Counted from the stretch's first letter, positions 44,254-55,154 are shown. The stretch: 64,000 nt of DNA from an uncultured bacterium (GCA_963749495.1 CAVVMW010000004.1:672001-736000), one strand, 5' to 3'. Numbers and translations are program-made. The notes: a model not told the origin generated them from the letters alone.

Positions 44254-44421
44254 GAATTTCGCGCATTCAACCCCCGAACCTCAACCGGGCGTCCCGTCTC
44301 GCGAAGCGTTTTGGACTGCGGCAGTCCTCTGCCGCTTTCGCGTCGGCACCGAGGGGACACAAAAGCCGCAGAGGACTGCCGCAGTCCAAAACCTTCGGGC
44401 TTGGGGTCGGTTCCTGGGGAG
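44254..44421. repeat. Second copy of the GTTTTGGACTGCGGCAGTCC hairpin element with flanks
   Basis: Homologous to 1824-1991. Confidence 0.9.
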
Positions 44422-44710
44422 GGAACTGCCATGCATTTCGCCCGGCCGGAGAGTCGCTGTCCAAACGAACTTGAACCATGAAAGCCCACAAGCTCATTCA
44501 AATCGTCCTGGGAGGACTCCTCGCCCTCCCAGTGTGCCCGTCCAACGCGGCCATTACTACTATTATCTACTCCACTACTGCGATTCAGACAGTGGGGGAA
44601 GGAATATGGTGCATATGGGCGGGGGGAGTTTTTGGCGACACCTTGGCCGACCGCCGCGGCTTGGATTCAAGATTCGGCGGAGTGGGCCACTGGCGACAGG
44701 ATGGAGGGTT

Positions 44711-46365
44711 TTAGGCGGGTCTGGGGTTGGGTGGTAAAGTCAGGAGGTTTTGTTCCAAGGCCTGGATTTTCTTGAGCGCTTTGTCGCGGGCCGGCCCTTC
44801 CAACTGGAGCACTTCGCGGGTGAACGTCACCAGCGGCATCTGGGTGTAGGCGTAGCCCAGATAAATCACGACCCACTGCTGGTGCAGATTGAGTTGCTGG
44901 ACCAGGGATTCGGGCGTGAGATTGGCCAGGGTTTCTTCGACGAACTTCCACAATTGCCACTGCCGTAGCGTATAGGTCAGGAGGATCATCACCACCTGGG
45001 CGGTGATCGCGTTGAAGCTGCGGGAACGGAAGTCGGTCAAATCGTAGAAGCATTTGAGTTGCCGATGCCGCTCTTCAATGGCGGGGCGTTTGCCATAGAG
45101 CTCGATCATCTGGAGCGGTTGGGCGGCCGGGTTGGTCGTCATGAGCGCCCAGTCATCGTGATGGCCGTCGGCGTAGTGGTCGCGGAGCAACACCACCTGA
45201 ATGGGCACGGTGGCGGCGGTCCAACTGGTGAAGTCTTTGAGGGCGCAGAACTCGGTGTGCGTCCGCAGGTCTGCCGGCGAGGGCGGTGGCTGCTCCGCCC
45301 GCAACAGGGCCAACTTTTTCTGTCGTTTGGCTTCCCGGCGCCGGATGAGTTCGGGCCGTTGCGGCGGGACTTGGGGGACTGAGGGCGTGGGTTCTGGACG
45401 GCGTTGCCAGACTCCTTGAGGGGCCAGGGCCCAGGCATCGGTCCAAATATCCATGTTCTTCTTCATCGGGATAAGCACGTCGATGCCCCACTCCCGCTTG
45501 CAGCGGCTGATGCGCTCTCCGTCAATAAACCCGCGATCCAGGACCAGCCACTTGATAACGCCCTGGCCCACGCTGGCCACAAACCGGGCCACCAATTCAT
45601 CATAGAAGGGGCCGACCTCGTGGGCGTTGCCAGCCACCAGCAGCGCCCCCCGTAGAACGTAACACCCCCCGCGCAAATGCAGCAAACTGATCCATTTGTA
45701 GCACCGCTCCCGGTGCGCCCGCTTGCGCTGCTCGGGCGTGAGCGATTCATAGTCCACCGGGTGATTGTGCTCGTCGAACCACATCAGCACGCTGCCTTCA
45801 TAGGCGGGGTTGTCCGGCACAAACAGATAGGAGGCGTCGCCGATGAAAATGCCGGCCGGGTCGAAAAAGCCGTATTGCTGGAAGACCTTTTGGACAGTGG
45901 TGTTAAGCCACTCCAGCCATTGCGCGGCGGGCACGTCCTTGAGGGCCTTGCGCAGGGTGTCCTGGTCGCAGGGGTGGTGCGGTCGTAGCTGTTCTTGTCG
46001 TTGAAGCCCTGGCAGGCCAAGACCCAGCGTTGGGTTTGGGGGTCCAGGTGCTTGGTCGCCAGGTCGGGCGGCAACGCGGCCAACAAGCCCCCACAGCGCA
46101 CCACCTGTTCGAAAGCCAGGAAGGAGTTTTGCTGATGGAGTTTCAAGCTGAGGTTGGCCGCCAAGATGAACCACCGGGGCACCTCCTCCTTCTTGCGGAC
46201 GGTGGGCAGGTCCTGGGCCAGATGGAGCAAGAGCCGTTCTTTGAAGCAGCGCTCGAAGAAATCCCGTTCGTCGGCCTGGCCGAGGATTTCCAGGGCGTCG
46301 AACTCACCTTGGCGAAAGGCGTCCAGGACTCGTTGGGGATGATATTCGATGAAAGCCAGGTCCAT
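44711..46365 (-). CDS. DDE transposase (IS4 superfamily); single-base frameshift near 45972
   Basis: FIGDAS, LVLDRGF and the Y-x2-R-x3-E-x6-K signature YGKRPAIEERHRQLK; N-part MDLAFIEY... lies in ORF 45784..46806. Confidence 0.88.
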
Positions 46366-46763
46366 CAGGGGGATCGCGCTTTGGTTTTGGGTTTGGGCCA
46401 GACCACGCTCAGGCTCTGGGCCAGTTGGTCGGCCAAGGCCAGGAGGGCCGCGGTTTGCTTGCCGAACCGGGCGCGGGCGCGCTGGTAGCGGCGCCAGGCC
46501 CCGGCCCATTGGCGGACTTGGGCGCGCTGGCCGGGTGGGACGCTGTAGAGTTTGTGGCGGCCGGCCTCGCTGCGGGTGAGGACCCAGGCGGGGTGGAGCC
46601 GGCCATGGGCGCAACGGCAGGAGGCTTTGCCGCATTTGCGGCGCATGAGGTAGAAGGAGCCCGGGGTCATGGGCTGGTCCGGGGTCATGGCCCGGAGGGT
46701 GCGGCCCAAGGCCCGGCAGGCACACCAGAGGCGCTGGCGAAGCCTGGAGGTTTTCGCCTTCAT
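46365..46763 (-). CDS. IS accessory Zn-finger-like protein (DUF6788-like)
   Basis: GSFYLMRRKCGKASCRCAHGRLH; stop overlaps the transposase start (TGATG). Confidence 0.75.
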   Translation of the reverse strand: MKAKTSRLRQRLWCACRALGRTLRAMTPDQPMTPGSFYLMRRKCGKASCRCAHGRLHPAWVLTRSEAGRHKLYSVPPGQRAQVRQWAGAWRRYQRARARFGKQTAALLALADQLAQSLSVVWPKPKTKARSP

Positions 46764-49110
46764 CTGTGTTTATATATATATTACTAGACACAGATTGCAA
46801 GCGCAAAATTCAAAAAAAGTGAAAAAAGATGCGGGAGGTCCGGCGGGCCCATGGGGGAGGCAAACCGTGCCGGGCGGTGACACGGGGGATGAGGGGGAGC
46901 GGGAGCTGCTGGGGCCCGGGCAGAGGGCCGGACTAATCTGTATTCTATAGTATTATAGTAAACACAGAAAGGTATGCCTGCGAGCGCCTCCGAGTGAAAA
47001 ATCTGCTGGTGGGGGTAGCGGCCCTGCCAAACAAATGGTTTTTAGGCGGTTTTAGAAAGCCCTCCCCCAGTGTCTGAATCGCAGTACTCCACTAGCTTTG
47101 ATGCTGAGGGCGTCGAATCGGGCAATACGGTGGCCCAATCCACGCTGGCCACCTGGAGCCGTGGCGGCTTCGAGGTCAGCCCGGAAGACGGCAGCGAGGG
47201 ATCCGGTGCAATCGAGGTCGCTCACGCCGGCGGCATATACACGGGTTCCGGCAGAGTGCGTCTAATTCAGGGCGCATACGCCGGCCAACCCAGTATGAGC
47301 GTTACGGTCAGCGGAACCTTTTACACTCTGTTCCGGCTCACGGGGCTTAGTTACAAGTATTATTTCACATCATCCGTTGCTGCAAGTGGGAATGTTGTGG
47401 GCGGCGTGAACTTTCTCGGCAATGTCAACACCAGCAAAAAGAACTTGACGGTGTCCGGGGTCCTGGCGCCGGGCGACTATTCGCTTTCGGCCGCTATGAG
47501 CGATGCCAGCGGGAACTCGGGTGGCGGAGGAAGCTGGTCGTATGCGCTGTCACTGGTCCCGGCGTCGGTAGGGGGCAAGTATACCCCGGCTGAAAAGGCG
47601 GACCTTTCGCTTGCGGGCTCGAGCTACCGGCTCTTCGCCCAAACATTGATGATCGCCGCGCACGGCGCCCCGAGTCAGCTCCAGGACGAATTGGTGAGCG
47701 CTTCCGCCGAGATGATCCGCGTTGGCACTGCCCTGTTAAACGTCTCCGAGGACCCTCTGGACACGAACTATACCGTTCTGGCACAAGCGGTGGCGCCAGC
47801 CGTGGTGCCCCTCGTGGCCGGCCGCGGCGTCACCCAGCCGGAAGCCGACGCTTACAACCTGTGGCAAACCAACCTCTCGCTGAGCGCCGCCTACAGCACC
47901 GCCCTGGCGACTTCCATTGACCGGGCGCAAGGGGCGGCCTATGCCGGCAGCCCTTCCTGGGAGACGGCGCAGATGAACGGCGCCGTGCAGTTCGAGGCCC
48001 AACTGGCCAGCGTTTTCGATGAGGAGCCGGCGCTCCGCTCCAATGTGGTGGCCCAGTTTCAAGCCGGTGGATTTCAAGACATCACGGTGAGCAGCAACGA
48101 TGTCGTTAGTTTCCAGATGGAGATGGTCACCAATGGCTTGCCTGCCGTCCTGCTGGACGGCCTGACCGTGCTTGGGTTGGATGGCGACACGATCACGAAC
48201 CTCCAGAACACACTGCTCACCGCGGACCCTGGCACTCTGGCCAGCGGTTTTCCCGGAAGTCTTGTCAATACCAATCTTGATTCGACAAGCCATACTCTCG
48301 CCGCCGACCTGAGGGATGCCTCGCTGGTGTTGATCAACGCGAGCTTGCTTTCAGGAGGGCAGTTCCGGTTCGATTTGCCGACTGAACCGGGATACACGTA
48401 CGCCATTCAATTCACTGAAAACCTCGCTGCTCCGGCCGCTTGGACGACGATCTTCACCACCAATGCCACCACTGCGTTGCTGTCGTTTACCAATACTCCC
48501 GCCGCGAGCGCGTCAGGCGGCTTTTACCGGGCGTCGCACAATTGAATCACCATTTCGTTGCGCGGCTTCCCGGCCCGGCTCACCACCAGGACATCAACAC
48601 CTTCCGTCAACCCCAGCGCATCGAGACCAAGCCATGGGAACCAGCCCACGGATTTCACTAGGCCGCCAGTACCGTGTTCAATGAGGGTGCCGCGGATATT
48701 GAAGGCCAGGGTCCGAGGTCGAGCCAGGTCAAAGTCGTCGTCATCCCCAGAGTGTGAACTATGGTTGACACTTCTCTCCACCTCCCACGGCAATCAGGGG
48801 GGGTGGACCAATATTCCACCGCGGCCAACCTCTCGAACATGGTGCCGGGCTGAAATGGTTAACGCCAAGGCCAGTCAAAATCGTGGATGAATATGCGCTA
48901 CAATATACCGAGGCGATTTCCTGAACATGGCGCCGGGCTGAAATTCCCCGCTGACGCCCCGAATCCAGCCTTCACCCCATACCCCTTGGAGCGGGAAATC
49001 CACCACGCAGGCCAGGCACACCATTGAAAATCCCCAATAAAAGCTGACAAAGCTGATAAAGCTGAGGTCTCATAAACTTATTGCAAAGCTCTTCTTCTTC
49101 CAGGTGTGTT

Positions 49111-49165
49111 TCACCCGCGTAGCGTCAAAACCGCCCGCGCGGCAAAAAACCAAATTCCTATCAGT
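49111..49165 (+). repeat. 55-bp direct repeat copy 2 (oriIS-like end)
   Basis: 1 mismatch to copy 1. Confidence 0.95.
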
Positions 49166-49881
49166 GACACGGATGGCATGGCGGGGAATTTCGTTGGGCC
49201 GCGAGAAGTTGTGCGGGCCTGACCGGCCTCCCGACCGACCACAGCATCCTCCTGTGCTGGGCCAGCGCCGTCCTGGGGCCGGGACCGACGACACCGTCAT
49301 CGCTACTACCAGGGCGGCAATCAAGGAAATCGCCGACCACGATAAGCGCCATCGGGTGCGCGGCGCTGAAGGGCTGAGGGCCTCGCCAGCGGGCCGACGT
49401 GGCCAGCGCAGCCCCTGGAGCCGGTGCTGGAGAAGGTGACGCAACTGGCGCTGGGCCAGCGCCGCCGGTACGGCTCAGCCTGACGCGGCGTGTGGGCCGG
49501 TCCAGGTCACCATGAGGTGCGCCTGCGCTTGCGCGGGGCCAGCGCCGCCGCGCAGTGGCGCGGCTGGCAGTTCCGCCAGCAGGCCGAGCGCCATCTGCCA
49601 GCCTGCGTATGGGCCAGCCGCATGTGCCCGCCTTCAGATTGTCCTTGTTTGTCTTGGCCGCCGGAGATATAACCCTGGTCATTGCCGGGAGCCGCTGACT
49701 GGCTTGTGCTCCAACCAACGACCCGCGTGCGGAGAGCAGCCCGGTAAACCGGCATGAAAAGCCACATGGCAGATTGGCCTGGGCAGGGTGAAGGGTTTGG
49801 AACGCTCACCCGACCGACTTCCATAGTCCTCTTCCGGCGGTTCCTTGAGCGCGGACTTCAGCTTCTTCCAACAGGCCAACC

Positions 49882-52581
49882 ATGAAAACAGCACTTTGCC
49901 TGGCATCTATCACCCTGCTGTTGGCAGCCTCGAACCTCTCCGCCGCCACGCTCTATGTCTCGTTGGAGAGCACGAACTCGACGCCGCCCTACACGAATTG
50001 GGCCACGGCAGCCACGAGCATTCAGGACGCCGTGGACACCGCAAAGGCCGGGGATACGGTGCTGGTGACCGATGGGGTGTATGCGGAGGGCGAGAGAGAG
50101 GCGTTTGAAACCCAGGACCTTCCCATCACCGCTGACCGCCTGGCAATCACAAACGCGATTAGTTTGCTCAGCCTCAATGGCCCGCAGTTCACGGTCATCG
50201 ACGGCGGCGGGACCATTCGGTGCGTTTCCCTGGGCGACGGCGCGAGCCTGACCGGCTTCACGCTGAGCAACGGGGTAGCCCGTTTCGGTGGCGGGGTGTG
50301 GTGCCCATCCACAAACGCGTTTCTGACCAACTGCACGCTGACCGGCAACTCGGCTAACGGCTGCGGCGGCGGGGCTCTCGGTGGCACCCTGAACAATTGC
50401 ACGCTGGCCGGAAATTCGGCTGCTGGCGATGGGGGCGGGGCGTATGGGGGCGCGCTCTACAACTGCAGGCTGAGCGGCAACACGGCCCAAGAGTATGGCG
50501 GCGGGGCGGCGATTTGCACGCTCTACAACTGCACGCTGAGCGGCAACTCGGCCCAAGAGTTTGGCGGCGGGGCGGGTGGGTGCACGCTCTACAACTGCAC
50601 GTTGAGCGGCAACACGGCCCAAGATTATGGCGGCGGGGCCTACTCGTGCATGCTGAAGAACTCCATTGTTTATTTCAATGCGGCTCCATATGCAGCGAAT
50701 TACGCCTCCTGCACCCTCAACTACTGCTGCACAACGCCGCCCCCACCCACCGGGGTTGGCAACATCAGTCTCGACCCGCAACTGGCCAGCGCCTCGCACT
50801 TGAGCGCCAACTCGCCCTGTCGCGGGGTGGGCAGCGCCGCTTACGCCATCGGGACCGACATTGACGGTGAGCCATGGGCGAATCCGCCCTCTATTGGCTG
50901 CAACGAATACCGCCCCGGTTCGGTCACCGGCCCGTTGACCGTGGGCCTCGTGGCGAGTTACACCAACGTCGCAGTGGGTTTTCCGCCCGCCTTTACCGCA
51001 TTGATTGAAGGGCCAACGACCGAGAGCGTGTGGGACTTCGGGGATGGTGACGTGGCCATCAACCAACCCTATGTTACCCACGCCTGGACGCGGCCTGGGG
51101 ATTACCTGGTCGCCTTATGGGCGTTCAACGAAAGCCATTCGGGCGGGGTGAGCGCGAGCGTTACCGTACGGGTGGAGCAAGAGGTGCGTTACGTTGCGGC
51201 CGGGAACGCCAATCCGCTGCCGCCTTACACCAACTGGGCCACGGCGGCCGTGACAATTCAGGATGCGGTGGAGGCGGCAACGACGGGGCCGGGGGACTTG
51301 GTGCTGGTGACCAACGGCCTCTATGCCACCGGTGGCAGGGCCATGTGGGGGGGCACGATGACCAACCGCGTAGCGGTGGACAAGCCAGTGGCCGTGCGCA
51401 GCGTTAATGGCCCGCAGTTCACCATCATCCAGGGGGCGCAGACACGGTTCGGCGGCGGCGACGGCGCTATCCGCTGCGTGTACCCGACCAACGGAGCAAG
51501 CCTGTCGGGGTTCACCCTGACCAATGGGGCCACGCAAATGGTCGGGGACATAGACCGCGAGCGGAGCGGCGGTGGGGTGTGGTGTGAAGCGACGGCGGTG
51601 GTTTCCAACTGCGTCGTGACGCACAACTGGGCTGGCGAGTGGGCCGGCGGGGCGTATGGGGGCACGCTGAACAACTGCACCCTGACCGTCAACTCGGCCA
51701 GCTACGGCGGCGGGGCGTCTGGATGCACGCTGAACCAATGCACACTGGCCGACAACTTTGCTGCATTCGCCGGCGCGGTGTGCTGGGCCACGCTGAACGA
51801 CTGCACGCTGACCGGCAATTTCGCTTGGTTCACCGGCGGTGGGGCGTATGGGTGTGCCATGAACAACTGCACGCTGGCCGGTAACTCGGCCAAGGGTGAC
51901 GGCGGCGGGGCGTATGACAGCACGCTTGACAACTGCATCGTGTATTTCAACACACCCGTGAACTGGTCGGCTCACGATTCCCTCAGCACGCTGAACTACT
52001 GCTGCACAACCCCGCTGCCCACCCAAGGCGTCGGCAACATCACCAACGCGCCGCTGTTCGTCGATTACACCAATGGCAACCTGCGCCTGCAATCCAACTC
52101 CCCCTGCATCAACGCCGGGAACAACGCCTATGTGACTACCGCCACGGACCTTGACGGCAACCCGCGCATTGTCGGCGGCACCGTGGACATCGGGGCTTAC
52201 GAATACCAAGGCACCGGCTCCGCGATTTCCTACGCCTGGCTCCAGCAGTACGGCCTGCCCACGGACGGTTCGGTGGATTATGCGGATTTGGATGGCAGCG
52301 GATTTAACGTCTATCAGGACTGGATTGCTGGCTTGAATCCCACGAACCGGCTCTCGGTCTTGCGTTTCGTCTCAGTGGTTCCGCAAGGCACGAACGTGGC
52401 CGTGACGTGGCAGAGCGTCGCGGGAATAAGCTACTTCCTTGGACGGAGCACGAATCTGGCCTCACCGTTCGCGCTCCTGGCCACGAACATTATCGGGCAG
52501 GGGGGGACCACCACCTACGCTGACACCAACGCCACGGGCGCGGGGCGATTCTTCTACCGCGTGGGCGTTAAAGGCCCGTGA
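49882..52581 (+). CDS. Secreted parallel beta-helix / PKD / choice-of-anchor-Q-like surface protein with C-terminal FYR domain
   Basis: Signal peptide; two PPYTNWATAA..IQDAV modules with (NCTLxGNxA...GGGA)n repeats; PKD motif WDFGDG; SPCINAG...DLDGNPR...VDIGAYE; ends RFFYRVGV. Confidence 0.9.
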   Translation: MKTALCLASITLLLAASNLSAATLYVSLESTNSTPPYTNWATAATSIQDAVDTAKAGDTVLVTDGVYAEGEREAFETQDLPITADRLAITNAISLLSLNGPQFTVIDGGGTIRCVSLGDGASLTGFTLSNGVARFGGGVWCPSTNAFLTNCTLTGNSANGCGGGALGGTLNNCTLAGNSAAGDGGGAYGGALYNCRLSGNTAQEYGGGAAICTLYNCTLSGNSAQEFGGGAGGCTLYNCTLSGNTAQDYGGGAYSCMLKNSIVYFNAAPYAANYASCTLNYCCTTPPPPTGVGNISLDPQLASASHLSANSPCRGVGSAAYAIGTDIDGEPWANPPSIGCNEYRPGSVTGPLTVGLVASYTNVAVGFPPAFTALIEGPTTESVWDFGDGDVAINQPYVTHAWTRPGDYLVALWAFNESHSGGVSASVTVRVEQEVRYVAAGNANPLPPYTNWATAAVTIQDAVEAATTGPGDLVLVTNGLYATGGRAMWGGTMTNRVAVDKPVAVRSVNGPQFTIIQGAQTRFGGGDGAIRCVYPTNGASLSGFTLTNGATQMVGDIDRERSGGGVWCEATAVVSNCVVTHNWAGEWAGGAYGGTLNNCTLTVNSASYGGGASGCTLNQCTLADNFAAFAGAVCWATLNDCTLTGNFAWFTGGGAYGCAMNNCTLAGNSAKGDGGGAYDSTLDNCIVYFNTPVNWSAHDSLSTLNYCCTTPLPTQGVGNITNAPLFVDYTNGNLRLQSNSPCINAGNNAYVTTATDLDGNPRIVGGTVDIGAYEYQGTGSAISYAWLQQYGLPTDGSVDYADLDGSGFNVYQDWIAGLNPTNRLSVLRFVSVVPQGTNVAVTWQSVAGISYFLGRSTNLASPFALLATNIIGQGGTTTYADTNATGAGRFFYRVGVKGP

Positions 52582-52649
52582 GGGGCAGCCGGGGACCGCC
52601 GGGCGGATTCCGTCTCCTCACCGGCAAACGGCGACCAGCCCAGGGATGG

Positions 52650-52835
52650 CTACCGCTTCGCCTTCCTCCGGACCAGGACCGAATGGACGCTCGACACCGC
52701 CATCCCCAACTCGCGGCTGATGGCCCGCAGGCCCATGCCCTGCTTCCTGAGCGCCACGACCTGGTCGGCACGTTGATGTAGCGATTCTTGAGGACCCAGC
52801 TTCACGGCTCTCACCAGCACCATGGAGTGTCGCAT
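52650..52835 (-). pseudogene. C-terminal HTH fragment resembling a resolvase/serine recombinase tail
   Basis: RADQVVALRKQGMGLRAISRELGMAVSSVHSVL; no catalytic domain upstream. Confidence 0.45.
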
Positions 52836-53002
52836 CCATCAATCCCGGCGCTGGGCCAACGTCGCCCACCCGACGCTGTGCTGGAAGGCCGCCGATTGCA
52901 CCATCAACTACACGATGACTTGCTGTGCCTTGTTTGACGCGGAGCCGGGGTTTGCCTCGCCGCCGCCAGCAGGGCTTCCCGAATCCATTCGGACTTGGAC
53001 TT

Positions 53003-53057
53003 TCACCCGCGTAACGTCAAAACCGGCGGCGCGGCAAAAAACCAAAGTCCTATCAGT
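53003..53057 (+). repeat. 55-bp direct repeat copy 3 (oriIS-like end)
   Basis: 3 mismatches to copy 1; ends 58 bp before the right IR arm. Confidence 0.95.
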
Positions 53058-53115
53058 GATCACTGGATATGCGCCTCGTTCACGCCTCGCTGGGCGCCAA
53101 AATCCCGGCGGCATC

Positions 53116-53143
53116 TTGCCACCTTTGTTTATTTCCACCGCCT
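53116..53143 (-). repeat. Right arm of 28-bp inverted repeat
   Basis: TTGCCACCTTTGTTTATTTCCACCGCCT. Confidence 0.9.
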
Positions 53144-53282
53144 TAGAACCGTGCCAGGCCGAGGAGCGTGAAACCCGGCCGTATTGAAACGCCGAAAAAC
53201 CGGCGGGCCGTTGCCAGCACGCCGGTCTGAAGTCGTAGTCCTTTCGAACCTCCTATCGCCCCCCCGCGGTCCTCTGCCCTCT

Positions 53283-53457
53283 GTCGGACCGGTCGGACGG
53301 GTGGGACGGGTCAGACCGGTGGGACGGGTCGGACGGGTCGGGACGCCCCTTCCATCTTCCGCCCCCCATCCTCGTTTCACGTTTCACGTTTCACGTTCCA
53401 CCGTCGTCCGTCCTGCGATCTGGTCATTCGTCATTCGTCATTCGTCATTCGTCATTC
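53283..53457. repeat. 9-mer (TCGGACGGG) and heptamer (TTTCACG, TCATTCG) tandem repeats
   Basis: Directly visible downstream of rpsA. Confidence 0.85.
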
Positions 53458-53468
53458 GGCCCTCCGTC

Positions 53469-55154
53469 CTACTTGGACTCCTTGGCCTCCTCCTGCCGTG
53501 CCTCGTCGGCGGCATCGAAGGCGTGCTGGAGCGCAACCAGGTCTTCGCCCGGCTTGAGGGCATCCAGGGCGGCCTGCTCGGCCTTGAGCTGCTCGTTCGA
53601 GTAGTTGGCCGCCTTGATGGACAGGCCGATGCGCCGGTCGCTCTTGTCGATCTTGATGACGCGGGCGGTGACCTCCTGGCCGACCTTGAGCACGTTCTTG
53701 ATCTTGTCCACGCGCTCTTCGCTGATCTGCGAGATGTGGACCAGGCCATCGATTTCGTGCTGCAGGCCGATGAAGGCGCCGAAGCTGGCGAGCTTGGTGA
53801 CGGCGCCGGTGACCAGGTCGCCCACCTTGTAGAGCCGGTCGATGCTCTCCCAGGGGTCGGGTGTGAGTTGCTTGAGGCCCACCGCGATGCGCTGGTTGGC
53901 CTTGTCCACCTCCAGGACGATGGCATCGAGCTCGTCGCCCTTCTTGAGGACCTCCGAGGGGTGATTGATCTTGCGCGTCCACGAGATATCCGAGACGTGG
54001 ATCATGCCGTCCAGGCCCTCCTCCAGTTCGATGAAGGCGCCGTAGCTGGTGAGGTTGCGGATCTTGCCCCGGACGCGGGTGCCGGCCGGGTATTTCTCCT
54101 GGGCCTTGTCCCAAGGATTGGCCTCGAGCTGGCGCAGCCCCAGCGAGATCTTCTGCTCCTCGCGGTTGATCCCCAGCACCACCGCCTCGATTTCCTGGTC
54201 CGCCTTGAGCACGTCCGACGGCTTGGCGATGCGCTTGGTCCAGGAGAGCTCGGTGACGTGCACCAGGCCCTCGACCCCGGGCTCCAGTTCCACAAAAGCC
54301 CCGTAGGGCACCAGGTTGACCACCCGGCCCTTGACGCGCGCCCCCACCGGGTACTTCTGCTCGATGCTGTCCCACGGGTTGGCCAGCTTCTGCTTGAGCC
54401 CCAGGCTCACCCGCTCCTTCTCACGGTTGATGTCCAGCACCACCACGTCGATGTCCTGGCCCACCTTGAGCAGTTCGGAGGGATGCCCGATGCGGCCCCA
54501 GCTCATATCGGTGATATGGAGCAGCCCATCGATGCCGTTCAAATCGATGAACGCGCCGAAATCGGTGATGTTCTTGACGGTCCCCTTGCGGATGTCGCCC
54601 GGGGTCATCTCGGTGAGCAGCTTCTGGCGGCGCTCCAGCCGCTCCTGCTCGATCAACTCCCGGCGCGAGAGCACGATGTTCTGCCGTTCCTGGTTGATCT
54701 TGACGACTTTGAATTCGTAGGCATTGCCCACGTACTGGGCCAGGTTCTTCGGGATGGTGATGTCAATCTGCGACGCCGGCAGGAAGGCCTCGACGCCGAT
54801 GTTGACCAGCAGCCCGCCCTTGACGATGGCCTTGACCTTGCCCGTGATCGTGCCCCCCTCGTTGCAGATGGTCAGGATGCGCTCCCAATTCTTCTTGAAC
54901 TCGGCCTTCTCCTTCGAAAGGACCACCATCCCCTCCCGGTCCTCCAGTTTCTCGATTAAGACATCGATCTCGTCGCCGACTTTCACGGCCTTGATGTCTT
55001 CGAACTCGTTTGCGGAAATGACGCCCTCGCTCTTGTAGCCGATGTCCACGAGCACTTCCTTGGGGCGTACTTCGATGATCTTGCCTTTGACGATATTGCC
55101 AGCCGCAAAGGGCAGAGCGCCCGTTTGCTTCATGGCCTCTTCCATGGTGAGCAT
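53469..55154 (-). CDS. rpsA: 30S ribosomal protein S1
   Basis: 561 aa; six S1 domains (DIGYKSEG, AFLPASQ, DFGAFIDL..IDGLLHITDMSW, YGAFVEL..GVEGLVH). Confidence 0.97.
   Translation of the reverse strand: MLTMEEAMKQTGALPFAAGNIVKGKIIEVRPKEVLVDIGYKSEGVISANEFEDIKAVKVGDEIDVLIEKLEDREGMVVLSKEKAEFKKNWERILTICNEGGTITGKVKAIVKGGLLVNIGVEAFLPASQIDITIPKNLAQYVGNAYEFKVVKINQERQNIVLSRRELIEQERLERRQKLLTEMTPGDIRKGTVKNITDFGAFIDLNGIDGLLHITDMSWGRIGHPSELLKVGQDIDVVVLDINREKERVSLGLKQKLANPWDSIEQKYPVGARVKGRVVNLVPYGAFVELEPGVEGLVHVTELSWTKRIAKPSDVLKADQEIEAVVLGINREEQKISLGLRQLEANPWDKAQEKYPAGTRVRGKIRNLTSYGAFIELEEGLDGMIHVSDISWTRKINHPSEVLKKGDELDAIVLEVDKANQRIAVGLKQLTPDPWESIDRLYKVGDLVTGAVTKLASFGAFIGLQHEIDGLVHISQISEERVDKIKNVLKVGQEVTARVIKIDKSDRRIGLSIKAANYSNEQLKAEQAALDALKPGEDLVALQHAFDAADEARQEEAKESK

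Larger units (their letters stand above)
44578..47084 (-). mobile_element. Complete IS4-superfamily insertion sequence (2507 bp)
   Basis: TIRs CTGCGATTCAGACA(G/C)TGGGGGA (21/22); 10-bp target duplication TACTCCACTA at 44568-44577 and 47085-47094. Confidence 0.95.
44478..48545 (+). pseudogene. Secreted protein with C-terminal FYR domain, interrupted by an IS just after its signal peptide
   Basis: Removing the IS and one TSD copy joins [33 protein letters not shown] in frame to SFDAEGVES... (ORF 47070..48545), ending GGFYRASHN. Confidence 0.88.

Noticed and set aside
43946..53057. 55-bp repeats as CRISPR repeats or integron attC sites
   Set aside because: Spacing is kilobases, there is no cas or intI gene, and the repeats lack RYYYAAC...GTTRRRY ends.
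53184..54959. Long antisense ORFs (e.g. 591 aa opposite rpsA, 907 aa opposite nuoBCD, 525 aa opposite parE)
   Set aside because: Shadow frames typical of high-GC coding DNA; no recognisable motifs.
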